Translations under genes and position numbers: made by a program
The notes under the pieces: model-generated
What the model saw: only the letters and a program-made list of their open reading frames with translations
Told to the model about the DNA's origin: nothing
Database searches by the model: none
Part shown: piece by piece, positions 18,870-27,657 of the stretch
Layout: every line of letters starts with the position of its first letter
Position numbering within the stretch: the stretch's first letter is position 1
DNA from: a virus
Taxonomy: Duplodnaviria > Caudoviricetes
Direction: 5' to 3' (one strand)
Virus record (IMG/VR): IMGVR_UViG_3300002092_001784
Coordinates: 128,001-192,000 of that record
DNA length: 64,000 nt

Positions 18870-19067
18870 ATGTATAACAAAGATTTTATAGTATGGTTAC
18901 GACGTAACTGCCTAATCAATTATACCGAACTAGATGGTAAGTATGATTACTATTGGTGTCTGGCGTTTGAGGCCGCTAAAATGTGGGATGGTATACATGA
19001 TGCTGAATTGCAGTTTTATACCGATGAACAAATGTTTGAAATTTACAAAGAAACATTTAACAATTAA
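18870..19067 (+). CDS. Hypothetical protein
   Basis: ORF in run. Confidence 0.6.
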   Translation: MYNKDFIVWLRRNCLINYTELDGKYDYYWCLAFEAAKMWDGIHDAELQFYTDEQMFEIYKETFNN

Positions 19068-19153
19068 TTAACATTAAAAATTAGGAAATACCAAATAAAA
19101 GTTGTATATTTGTAGTATAATAATTAGAGATGTTAGTAACAATTTGAAACAAA

Positions 19154-19606
19154 ATGTTAAAAATAAAAAATGTAAAGATGATTAATGTATCTGATTGGGA
19201 TAAATTAGTATCAGATACCTATGGGAAAATTTATGACTTTCAGCAACAACGAGGTTGCCAGCCAAGAGGTATCGTAAAAATAACTATTCCAGATGAAAAT
19301 TGGGAAGAAGAAGAAATGAATGACAAAATACCAGAGATTATAAATGATGAACGAAATAGGGGTGTTAAATTTGATGTTTGGCTGAATAGAGACCCTAAAG
19401 CTATGTTAAATCCATCTGATGCTGAACTAGAATCTTGCAATTATTATTATTATGACAGTAATAAAAAGGAATGGTGTGAAGATATTGGACACATCCGTTT
19501 ATTTTGGAGAAGAAACTTTTATCCATGTTTACAAAGTGTGGCTAATGACTTATATAAAAAAGGATTGATTGAAGCGGGTGATTACGCAATTGAAATTGAT
19601 TGGTAG
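19154..19606 (+). CDS. Hypothetical protein
   Basis: 150-aa ORF after boxed promoter. Confidence 0.75.
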   Translation: MLKIKNVKMINVSDWDKLVSDTYGKIYDFQQQRGCQPRGIVKITIPDENWEEEEMNDKIPEIINDERNRGVKFDVWLNRDPKAMLNPSDAELESCNYYYYDSNKKEWCEDIGHIRLFWRRNFYPCLQSVANDLYKKGLIEAGDYAIEIDW

Positions 19607-19632
19607 TATAATACACAAAACAAATAAGATTT

Positions 19633-19815
19633 ATGAATAACTTTAATTACTGTTTGTACCAACTTGGATTCATTAAGAAGGACGATGAAAACGTTGCACT
19701 CGTCAAAGTAAAAGGTTGTATCGAAGGTGAAACGAATTGGATGTCTTTGAATAAAGAATCAGCAAAAACACTGATTGAATGGTTAACCGAAAATTATTTG
19801 GGTGATACCGAATAA
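19633..19815 (+). CDS. Hypothetical protein
   Basis: Short ORF. Confidence 0.6.
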   Translation: MNNFNYCLYQLGFIKKDDENVALVKVKGCIEGETNWMSLNKESAKTLIEWLTENYLGDTE

Positions 19816-19881
19816 AACATCATCAAAAATTTGGAAATCTGATATATATTTATTATATTTGTACTTAATATTAAATACGTT

Positions 19882-20145
19882 ATGGAAACGGTAGAATTAC
19901 AAAAAGAAATTGAACAGTTGAAATGGGATATTCAACAACATGATTTTTATTATGAGTATTCCGATGATAGTAGAGCATACCGAAACGGTGGAAATGAAGA
20001 ACGAAACATCATACAATCGATTCGTAGTATCTTAACCAAATCACCGGAAGTTGAAGAATCTTTATTACAAGAATGTGTAACCATTAAAACTGATTCAAAA
20101 CTTCAAAACCAAATCAAAGCGTTCTTTTCAAACGCTAAGAGGTAA
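19882..20145 (+). CDS. Hypothetical protein (HDFYYEYSDD motif)
   Basis: ORF after promoter. Confidence 0.7.
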   Translation: METVELQKEIEQLKWDIQQHDFYYEYSDDSRAYRNGGNEERNIIQSIRSILTKSPEVEESLLQECVTIKTDSKLQNQIKAFFSNAKR

Positions 20146-20156
20146 GTTATTTTAAT

Positions 20157-20228
20157 GGCGAGTTCGTCTAACGGTTAGGACAAATGGTTTTCATCCATTA
20201 AATAGGGTTTCGATTACCCTACTCGCTA
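20157..20228 (+). tRNA. tRNA-Glu (TTC)
   Basis: Acceptor GGCGAGT/ACTCGCT; anticodon arm AATGG-TTTTCAT-CCATT; T-loop TTCGATT; no encoded CCA. Confidence 0.9.
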
Positions 20229-20297
20229 CGATAAACCAAACACGCTAGGTGACGACCACAGGTGATATTGTTGGCAGCTCGGAAAGACGGCAAATAT

Positions 20298-20371
20298 GGT
20301 GCGTTAGGCAAATTGGCTAAGCCGTCAGCCCTTCAAGCTGAAGATTTCGGGATCGTACCCCGAACGCACTA
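20298..20371 (+). tRNA. Atypical tRNA, centred anticodon TTC (Glu-like), C33 and ATCG T-loop
   Basis: GGTGCGT/ACGCACT; TCAGC-CCTTCAA-GCTGA; TCGGG-ATCGTAC-CCCGA. Confidence 0.7.
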
Positions 20372-20389
20372 CACTTAGATAGTTTCATA

Positions 20390-20680
20390 ATTTAAGGTCA
20401 AGCCACATTATGTTGAGTGGAGTTTACTTCATTTGACGCCAGATGAAATTATCGAGGTAACGAAGGATTAGAGGTGGCTGTGACTACTTCGTTACCAGCG
20501 GGATAAATAATGGAAGTTAGTTGACAAACGGCTTAAAGAAAATGTTGACAGATACCGCCTGTATGGTAACCGGCCGCTACCTTAAAGGCTTGAATTGACA
20601 ACCATTGTTTTGAAAAATCTATGAGTAATCATAGTATCTTTGGGGGTAATTAACCAAAGATTAGAAGGTTCGAAACTTCA
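20390..20680 (+). ncRNA. Candidate structured ncRNA
   Basis: No ORF; GGTAACGAAG/CTTCGTTACC and AGCCAC/GTGGCT cross-pairing; 3' TCTTTGG/CCAAAGA hairpin and T-arm-like GAAG-GTTCGAAA-CTTC. Confidence 0.4.
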
Positions 20681-20681
20681 A

Positions 20682-20800
20682 AATGGTTTAGTGTATTGGG
20701 CACGGGTCAAACAGACTATTATAAAATAATATAGAACTGAAATAGCTGTGAGATAAATAATGTTGATTCCAGCATTGGGTTCGAATCCCAATAACCGTTT
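20682..20800 (+). ncRNA. tRNA-like element with 54-nt insert in place of the anticodon loop
   Basis: AATGGTT/AACCGTT acceptor, GTGT-ATTGG-GCAC D arm, ATTGGG-TTCGAAT-CCCAAT T arm. Confidence 0.55.
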
Positions 20801-20807
20801 TTAATGT

Positions 20808-20878
20808 AAAGTTATTAGTGTGAGGTCACACATCGGTATATAACCACTGATGCAAGGTTCGATTCCTTCATAACTTTC
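20808..20878 (+). ncRNA. tRNA-like element with 8-nt anticodon loop
   Basis: AAAGTTAT/ATAACTTT, GTGT-GAGGTC-ACAC, ATCGGT-ATATAACC-ACTGAT, AAGG-TTCGATT-CCTT. Confidence 0.55.
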
Positions 20879-20918
20879 TATACGAAAATTGTTCTTTGTA
20901 TATATTTATATTTAATAT

Positions 20919-20994
20919 GGTCTTAGGGGCTGCATGGAGTGGCCGTCTGCCTGTCACGCAGAATATCAGGAGGGATCGTTACCCTTTGGGACCG
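20919..20994 (+). tRNA. tRNA-Asp (GTC)
   Basis: GGTCTTA/TGGGACC; TCTGC-CTGTCAC-GCAGA; G discriminator; T-loop ATCGTTA. Confidence 0.88.
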
Positions 20995-21094
20995 CAAAAG
21001 AAATGGGATTGAAATAGGAAAACGGCAATTTTCCAATAGTAAATTTGGTTTCACTACTAAAAGGTAAGTTTGCCGACAAACCAAAAAGTAGTTT

Positions 21095-21164
21095 TTCTCA
21101 TTAGTTCAATTGGAAGAACCCCGGTAGGAACTGGGTGATGTAGGTTCGAGTCCTACATGGGAAT
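21095..21164 (+). ncRNA. tRNA-like element with collapsed anticodon loop
   Basis: TTCTCAT/ATGGGAA, GTTC-AATTGGAA-GAAC, CCCGGT-AGGA-ACTGGG, GTAGG-TTCGAGT-CCTAC. Confidence 0.6.
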
Positions 21165-21277
21165 CATAACATAGGTGGGTAGGTAGGATGCACAGAATGT
21201 ACTGTTAAACTAATGTGTAGGGTATCGCTTGTATGATAATAACAGTAGAGGTGTACAGTAACCTATGTTTTTTATTT

Positions 21278-21352
21278 GGGGTCGTAGATTAATTGGCTAA
21301 ATCACCTGATTTGCATTCAGGAGACTTGAGGGTTCGAAGCCCTTCGATTCCA
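21278..21352 (+). tRNA. tRNA-Ala (TGC)
   Basis: GGGGTCG/CGATTCC with G3:U70 identity pair; CCTGA-TTTGCAT-TCAGG. Confidence 0.92.
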
Positions 21353-21621
21353 CGAATACTAACACATTGGCTTTGTGTTGAATTTATCGGATAACATGCC
21401 GTTTACATTATTATGTAATAAAAGAAGCACCGATTGAAAGGAAAGTTCACAACTAAACCTGCTTAACCTTTGGAATGTAAAGGTAACTTATATCTTAAAG
21501 CCGTATTCGGGTTGGTGAGTAATGAGAGAACCTGCCTTTGCCGTTTCCACTAAACGAGTAAAGAAAAATCACATTAAATAACTCTACACAGTGGGGGATA
21601 TATCGGTGACCCACTAATTTC

Positions 21622-21698
21622 GGGCCTGTATCGGCTCTGGCTCATAACCAGTTGAAACCGTAATTGGTAGCATGTAGGTTCAATCCCTACCCGGCCCA
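21622..21698 (+). tRNA. D-armless tRNA-like gene, anticodon CAT, long variable arm
   Basis: GGGCCTG/CCGGCCC; CTGG-CTCATAA-CCAG; ACC-GTAATT-GGT variable stem; GTAGG-TTCAATC-CCTAC. Confidence 0.6.
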
Positions 21699-21750
21699 CT
21701 TTTATTATTTTCTTTTGGATATTTATGATTGAATTTAATTTATATCTGAA

Positions 21751-22386
21751 ATGAAAAAAGTATTAACATTATTATTTGCGGTATCCCTAACAGTATCCGT
21801 TTTTGGACAAGATACGGTTCGTATAGTCCATACAAACTACATAACAACTTTCAGCAAATCTCTAAAATATCCGGTTAAAGTAGAATGGACACTTACTGCT
21901 AATAGAGTTAATTGTGCTAAAAAACTCCCAAGACCAGCAGAGTTTAAGCCAGACCCACAGTTTCCTAACACAAATTATGCGTTGGATTATAAAAAAAGTG
22001 GATATGATAAAGGACACAATTGCCCAGATGATGATAACGCTTGTCAAACAACAGATATATTAGAGCAATCATTTTATTATACCAATGTGATGCCACAACC
22101 ACATAGTTCAAACGCAGGAGATTGGAAATCAGTTGAAACTCTATGCAGAAGTTTGGCAATAAAAGGAAACACAGTTCACATTTGGAGTGGTGGTATCGGT
22201 ATTCAAAAGAAAATTGGAAAAGATGGTATTTGTGTTCCAAAACAAACTTGGAAAGTGGTCTATACCGTAAACACAAAAACATACAAAGCATATCTGTTTA
22301 ACAATACAGATGAACCACAGAAGGGTGCAAACTCTCATTTGGTAGATAAATCAGTAATCGAAAAATTAACAGGTTTTAAGTTCTAA
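21751..22386 (+). CDS. Secreted DNA/RNA non-specific endonuclease (NucA/EndA family)
   Basis: Signal peptide; YDKGHNCP, FYYTNVMPQ..SNAG.W, VPK..WKVV. Confidence 0.88.
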   Translation: MKKVLTLLFAVSLTVSVFGQDTVRIVHTNYITTFSKSLKYPVKVEWTLTANRVNCAKKLPRPAEFKPDPQFPNTNYALDYKKSGYDKGHNCPDDDNACQTTDILEQSFYYTNVMPQPHSSNAGDWKSVETLCRSLAIKGNTVHIWSGGIGIQKKIGKDGICVPKQTWKVVYTVNTKTYKAYLFNNTDEPQKGANSHLVDKSVIEKLTGFKF

Positions 22387-22392
22387 ATACAA

Positions 22393-22596
22393 ATGCTACA
22401 ACTCAATCCCATGATTCCAATTGTCCGAGTAAGTGATAAGATGAAAGGATACGCTTTTCTTATAATTGATTATTCGCAAGAGCATGATTTACTATTCAGT
22501 TGTGCAATGGAAGATGGGCAAATTTGGACATTAAGTAATACCGAAATCAGATTTGATAAAAATATTACAATGGGTAGAACCAAAATAAATTATTAA
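22393..22596 (+). CDS. Hypothetical phage protein
   Basis: ORF in run. Confidence 0.7.
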   Translation: MLQLNPMIPIVRVSDKMKGYAFLIIDYSQEHDLLFSCAMEDGQIWTLSNTEIRFDKNITMGRTKINY

Positions 22597-22692
22597 GATT
22601 TAACAATTATTTAACATTGAAAGTTTGGAAACCCCAAACTTTTTTTGTATCTTTAAGTATTGATTTGAGAGAGTTATTAACGAAAACAATAT

Positions 22693-22959
22693 TTGATTAT
22701 GAAACAGTTTTTCAGTTCGGTTTATGGGATTTTGATGCTGGTGTTTTCACCAATCACATTTGGGTTGGTAATACCGGTTGGAGTTGATTTGTATTTGAAT
22801 AAATTGATTTACGGTGAATATCCAACTTCTTTAAACTACAATGAATATTCAAATTGGGTATCTAATCAATTTGTGTTGGTTGTATCGATTGTTTTATATG
22901 GAGTTATCTGGTTTTCTATTAAGAATTTTTTTGAAAAGCGTAATATTGATATTATCTAA
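22693..22959 (+). CDS. Hypothetical membrane protein
   Basis: Two hydrophobic segments. Confidence 0.6.
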   Translation: MIMKQFFSSVYGILMLVFSPITFGLVIPVGVDLYLNKLIYGEYPTSLNYNEYSNWVSNQFVLVVSIVLYGVIWFSIKNFFEKRNIDII

Positions 22960-23102
22960 TTATAAAAGTTATGAGTACCAAAAAGAAAGGGTTATTAACG
23001 GTATCTGATGAATGGGCTAAACATCTTAGGAAGTTTGGTAAACGATTATTTTGGAAAAAAGAAAGACAGGCTGAACGTGAACTAATTAAAAAACAATAAG
23101 AT

Positions 23103-23363
23103 ATGAGTAAGATTAATAATTTTTTGATGGAAGCGGTTGATGATATTTGTGAAACCATTCCTACCGAAGTATCAATTCACGATGAATATACGGGTACTCG
23201 TGAAATTGAAATTATCCAATTAAGTCCCGCTGATTTGGAAGATGTTGTAGATTTCGCCATCAAACGTTACATCAGTAAGTTGGGTGATGTTCAACATCAG
23301 GAATTGCTTGAACAAAGTAAATGGTATTTGAGAGAATTAATTATTGAACAACTTACATTTTAA
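23103..23363 (+). CDS. Hypothetical protein
   Basis: ORF in run. Confidence 0.65.
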   Translation: MSKINNFLMEAVDDICETIPTEVSIHDEYTGTREIEIIQLSPADLEDVVDFAIKRYISKLGDVQHQELLEQSKWYLRELIIEQLTF

Positions 23364-23505
23364 TAATATGAACCCAGTAGTTTATTTTGACATTTTTTTC
23401 ATTGTGTTGGCGTTTGGTGTGATTTGTTCTGGCGATTATGTTGACCGGAACAAAAAGTTACGAAATTCCATTTACAGATTTTTCACAGAACCAAAATCAT
23501 AAGTT

Positions 23506-23736
23506 ATGACAGAATTAGAACAAATCATTTCCCAAATTGTGGGTGAAGCCGAATTAAAATCGAAAACGGAAATCGGTGAAGGACGACACGGCAGTTCTAA
23601 AGGTGAACCGATTGAATATACTGTGTGGCACAATCCATATTATTGCGAATGGACAACCAAAGAAATGGCATTGCGTGGATATGTTTTTTTGAAACTACTT
23701 CCAATTATCGATAAAGTAATTGCAGAAAATGAATAA
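23506..23736 (+). CDS. Hypothetical protein
   Basis: ORF in run. Confidence 0.6.
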   Translation: MTELEQIISQIVGEAELKSKTEIGEGRHGSSKGEPIEYTVWHNPYYCEWTTKEMALRGYVFLKLLPIIDKVIAENE

Positions 23737-23886
23737 CTACATATTAACGTTATGGTTTGGGTTTTATAAAGTGTACATTGCAGAACGCAGAGGTAATACA
23801 TTTTATTTTGGATATGATGAAGAATGCGGAGCATCTTCTATTGATTGTAGAAACAAAAGTGTTATTGATTATAAAAAACTAAAATA

Positions 23887-24090
23887 ATGGACTTAAAACA
23901 TTACAGATGGATTATGTATGCAAAGCAAAATGGAGTATGTGATGAAACTGGTAAGATGATTAATACCGGTGATAAGATACTTTATATACCTGCTATTCCA
24001 AAATTACACATAAACGCAAAAATATTTTGTGAACAGAGTAAGTTTTACAAAGAAAGTGAAAATCATATTGATACAGGTTGGAAAATATAA
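23887..24090 (+). CDS. Hypothetical protein
   Basis: ORF in run. Confidence 0.6.
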   Translation: MDLKHYRWIMYAKQNGVCDETGKMINTGDKILYIPAIPKLHINAKIFCEQSKFYKESENHIDTGWKI

Positions 24091-24284
24091 AAAATTATGG
24101 AAAATAAATCATTGTTGTGGATTAATTTATTATTTGGTGTGCTTGGAATATTTTTTTGGGAATTATTTGCTTTTGGTAAAATAGATGCACCGTTTTTGGC
24201 GGTTGCATGTAATTCCATTCAAATTATGACATTATGGTTGATGGATGATAATAAATATCGTATTGAATAATTAAAATCATATAA

Positions 24285-24536
24285 ATGAAAACAAAATTAA
24301 TTAAATTAGTGTTAATTGTAACCGTATTATTTTTAACAGCGTGTAATGGCGCATCCGATACTGATAAGTGTTTACAATCAGTAAAAGCTGTTTTTCCTCA
24401 CAGTCAAATTTATAAAAGTCCTAAATCTTCCTTTATTTTTTATGTAGTTGACTCAACTGGTGTAAAGATTGTTACAACTATGAAATTATCCGATACCAGT
24501 ATTGATGGTATTCAATCATTAATTAAAATAAATTAA
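24285..24536 (+). CDS. Putative lipoprotein
   Basis: Basic N-terminus, hydrophobic core, LTAC lipobox. Confidence 0.65.
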   Translation: MKTKLIKLVLIVTVLFLTACNGASDTDKCLQSVKAVFPHSQIYKSPKSSFIFYVVDSTGVKIVTTMKLSDTSIDGIQSLIKIN

Positions 24537-24537
24537 A

Positions 24538-25218
24538 ATGATTATGGAAAGAGATTATGTACAATATGTAGTAGTTAGTAGTGTAGATAAAAGTGATGGT
24601 TGGTTGAGTATTTCAACTGAAAGTGGTACCGGATTTGGATTGGACACCAAATATGGTGTAGTGCCGGAAGTGGGTGATACCATTACATTATATACCGTAG
24701 GTAGTTCATTTGGAACTGTGCGTGGAATGGATTTGAATGGTGTTCCTATTTTTTACAAAACGGATACCGATTTGGAGAATGCACGAACCGAATGGTTACA
24801 AAAGGAGGAAGAGCGAAAACAAAAAGCATTTGCTGATTCCAAATCAACTTTGGATGCTCAATACGAAGCCCTTCCGACTGTTTTTAAGAAAAGAATAGAC
24901 CGGTTTAGGAATAACAATAAACGGTTTAGGGTTGATTATCAATCGTATGAATTGTTTTGTTGTGAACAGGGTATTCTTATTGCCAACAAATGTAAAACAC
25001 CAGAAGAAGTTGATGCCTTTTCCAAAAAAGAATATAAAGAACAAAAAGAACAAATTGCAGAATTATCCGAAGACCATAGCGGAAACACATTTGGGTGTTC
25101 AGTACAATTGGCATATTGGTATTTGAAAGAACCAAATATGGTTTATAAACTACACGGTGCATTGACTCCGTTGGTTGGTTCGGATGCATACGGTGATTTT
25201 CCACTACCGGAAGATTGA
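24538..25218 (+). CDS. Hypothetical protein
   Basis: 226-aa ORF. Confidence 0.75.
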   Translation: MIMERDYVQYVVVSSVDKSDGWLSISTESGTGFGLDTKYGVVPEVGDTITLYTVGSSFGTVRGMDLNGVPIFYKTDTDLENARTEWLQKEEERKQKAFADSKSTLDAQYEALPTVFKKRIDRFRNNNKRFRVDYQSYELFCCEQGILIANKCKTPEEVDAFSKKEYKEQKEQIAELSEDHSGNTFGCSVQLAYWYLKEPNMVYKLHGALTPLVGSDAYGDFPLPED

Positions 25219-25240
25219 AACTAATTAATCATAAAAAATA

Positions 25241-25522
25241 ATGAAAGAATTTATAATATGTGCAGCAGTACGAAATGAAGAAACCGATAAGATACATTAC
25301 GGCCATCGGCATAGTCATTGTTTAGCTGCGGCAAACGATGAATTATCTTGGACATTAAGTAGGCAACAAATCTGTAAAATTAAATTAGAGCAGGGGTTTA
25401 TTACATCCCAAAATCGATTTGTTAACAGAGAGGAAGCCTTAATGATTGCTTTGGATAACAATCAAGTAATTGATAAATCGGAAATTAGAGGTAATCGATT
25501 ATACAGTGAAGATTTGTATTGA
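25241..25522 (+). CDS. Hypothetical phage protein (GHRH..C...QGF.TS.NRFV.REEA family)
   Basis: ORF in run. Confidence 0.75.
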   Translation: MKEFIICAAVRNEETDKIHYGHRHSHCLAAANDELSWTLSRQQICKIKLEQGFITSQNRFVNREEALMIALDNNQVIDKSEIRGNRLYSEDLY

Positions 25523-25525
25523 GGT

Positions 25526-26032
25526 ATGAAACAATTATTACTTTTATTTATGTTTGTATGGATAACCCATACATCATTTTCACAAACATATGTAGCAGTT
25601 GCACCTAGTTTAACAAACATACCCGGTACGATTGCCAATAAATCCAATTTATCATTTGAAGTTGGAAGGCAGTGGGATGTATTTAGTCTTGGGTTGGATT
25701 GGGGAAAAACTTCTTTGGGTAAAATCGTAGGTAGAGATACGACAAACTACATTGAAATACGACCGAACTTAAACATATTTCAGCAAGGTAAGTTTACCAA
25801 TACACTTACTACTGGAATCGGTTATGTATTTGGTGCTCAACAAAATTTAGTTACAGAATTTACATCAGGTATTGAGTATGCATATACACCAACACTACAC
25901 TTTAACATTGTGTTTGGGCAATTTTATTACAGTGGATTACGAATATCAAGTACTGAAACATTTTTTGGAGTTTCTGTAATGTATTTTTTCAAGCCATATC
26001 ACCCACAATCAATTATTAAGCAAAATAATTAA
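25526..26032 (+). CDS. Putative exported outer-membrane beta-barrel-like protein
   Basis: Signal peptide; alternating amphipathic Gly/aromatic-rich strands. Confidence 0.55.
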   Translation: MKQLLLLFMFVWITHTSFSQTYVAVAPSLTNIPGTIANKSNLSFEVGRQWDVFSLGLDWGKTSLGKIVGRDTTNYIEIRPNLNIFQQGKFTNTLTTGIGYVFGAQQNLVTEFTSGIEYAYTPTLHFNIVFGQFYYSGLRISSTETFFGVSVMYFFKPYHPQSIIKQNN

Positions 26033-26075
26033 CTGAAAATTTGGAAATACGAAATATTATTCGTATATTTGTTTT

Positions 26076-26849
26076 ATGAAAAAAAGTATTACACACATAT
26101 CCGACACTCATGGTAAACACCGACAGATAACTGATGATTTGACATCGGGAGATTTCCTAATCCATAGCGGAGATTTAACTACAATAGGAACTCAAAGTGA
26201 AATTGAGGATTTCATTGATTGGTTCAGTTGGGTTGGTGGATATAAGTATAAACTGTTTATTGCCGGTAACCACGATTTATCATTCCAAAGTGCTGAAATG
26301 TGTAGAGTAAAGCAGTTACGGTTGGGAATGAATACGTCTCGAACCAAAACAGTAGATACAAAACCCGATTGGTTACTAAAATTATTGGATGAACTGCCTG
26401 ATAATGTTTTCTATTTGGAAAACAATGGAGCAATAGTTGATGGTATTAAGTTTTGGGGTATGCCAAACACACCGTCGTTTATGGATGGTTGGTCGTTTAA
26501 TACCAATAGAGGTTATGAAATGAATGAAATTTGTAATCTTATACCAAATGATACCGATATTTTAATTACACATGGACCTATGAGATACCATTGTGATTAT
26601 GCAGATTATAGTAGGGATAATGTGGGGTGTGACGATTTATACAACCGAGTTATGGAAGTACAACCACATCTACATTTTTGTGGACATATTCACCCTGCAT
26701 ACGGATATCGCCATATAAATGGTAGCGATGTATGGGGTGGTGCATGGACATTCAATGGAGCAGTATTAAATGGAATACATTCATTTGTCAATAACCCAAT
26801 TAATATTGAATACGATTTTGAAACAAGAGATATAGAATTTAAGATGTAA
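26076..26849 (+). CDS. Calcineurin-like metallophosphoesterase
   Basis: SDTH, SGD, AGNHD, ITHGP, CGHIH motifs. Confidence 0.9.
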   Translation: MKKSITHISDTHGKHRQITDDLTSGDFLIHSGDLTTIGTQSEIEDFIDWFSWVGGYKYKLFIAGNHDLSFQSAEMCRVKQLRLGMNTSRTKTVDTKPDWLLKLLDELPDNVFYLENNGAIVDGIKFWGMPNTPSFMDGWSFNTNRGYEMNEICNLIPNDTDILITHGPMRYHCDYADYSRDNVGCDDLYNRVMEVQPHLHFCGHIHPAYGYRHINGSDVWGGAWTFNGAVLNGIHSFVNNPINIEYDFETRDIEFKM

Positions 26850-26875
26850 AATTTTTTTAATTAAAAAAAGAAGTT

Positions 26876-27196
26876 ATGAATTACAAAAACATTAAATCAG
26901 GTGTAGTTAAATCCGGTATGGTAATCAGTAGTGACGACTATCACCGACTACCACACCGATTACAAAAATTATTTGTAGGTACATATGATAGTGTAACATA
27001 TGGTGCACGTCCATCACAATACAGTAATGATGATGATTTTGGTTGGATTGAAACAGCAATTGGAGTTTCTGCCATCGAATCTACATTTGATACATCAAAT
27101 TTGGATACTGATATTTCATTCGATACAAGCTCAAATGATGATATTGAATTTGGCGGTGGGGATTTCGGTGGCGCAGGCGCAGGCGATAGTTGGTAA
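26876..27196 (+). CDS. Hypothetical protein with acidic Ser/Gly-rich FGGG...W tail
   Basis: Ends FGGGDFGGAGAGDSW. Confidence 0.75.
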   Translation: MNYKNIKSGVVKSGMVISSDDYHRLPHRLQKLFVGTYDSVTYGARPSQYSNDDDFGWIETAIGVSAIESTFDTSNLDTDISFDTSSNDDIEFGGGDFGGAGAGDSW

Positions 27197-27213
27197 TATT
27201 TAATAAAAAAGTT

Positions 27214-27390
27214 ATGGAAAATACAGAATTTACAGAACAGATATCGGCAGTTAATTATTATCTGTTGCGTTCGGCAGAGTACGGACTTCAATCAGAAGTT
27301 GTGGCATACGCATTGAAGTTTATGAAAGAAAATCCTGATTTAAGTATTCGAATGGCTATGGAATACGCATATAACGAATGGATAAAATAG
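27214..27390 (+). CDS. Hypothetical protein
   Basis: Short ORF. Confidence 0.6.
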   Translation: MENTEFTEQISAVNYYLLRSAEYGLQSEVVAYALKFMKENPDLSIRMAMEYAYNEWIK

Positions 27391-27657
27391 AAAGTTATGT
27401 GTGCAGAATGTTCAACATCGTACCCAATATGTGGTACACTTTCGGCCGATTATGAAGTCGGTGGGTGGGATGATTATATTCCACAATAATAAATTAAATT
27501 CATATGATACATTTAGTAAGTTACATTTTTAGATTATTGGTAGCAGCTACATTTGGATTTGCCATCTACCTATTAGGTGCAATCGCATCCGTTTTGATAT
27601 GGAATGGTGAGATATGGGATCATGTTAATGAGATATTTGCGGAAATTATGAATTTTA

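Noticed and set aside
20390-20800. tmRNA
   Set aside because: No Ala-type G3:U70 acceptor around it and no open tag frame ending in ALAA-like codons.
20228-21360. HDV-like (theta) ribozymes at tRNA 3' ends
   Set aside because: Could not build the nested double pseudoknot directly after any tRNA by eye.
21430-21545. RNase P RNA (GGAAAGTTC and AGAACCTGCCTT resemble conserved regions)
   Set aside because: P4 pairing cannot be built and other conserved regions are missing; kept only as an unclassified ncRNA candidate.
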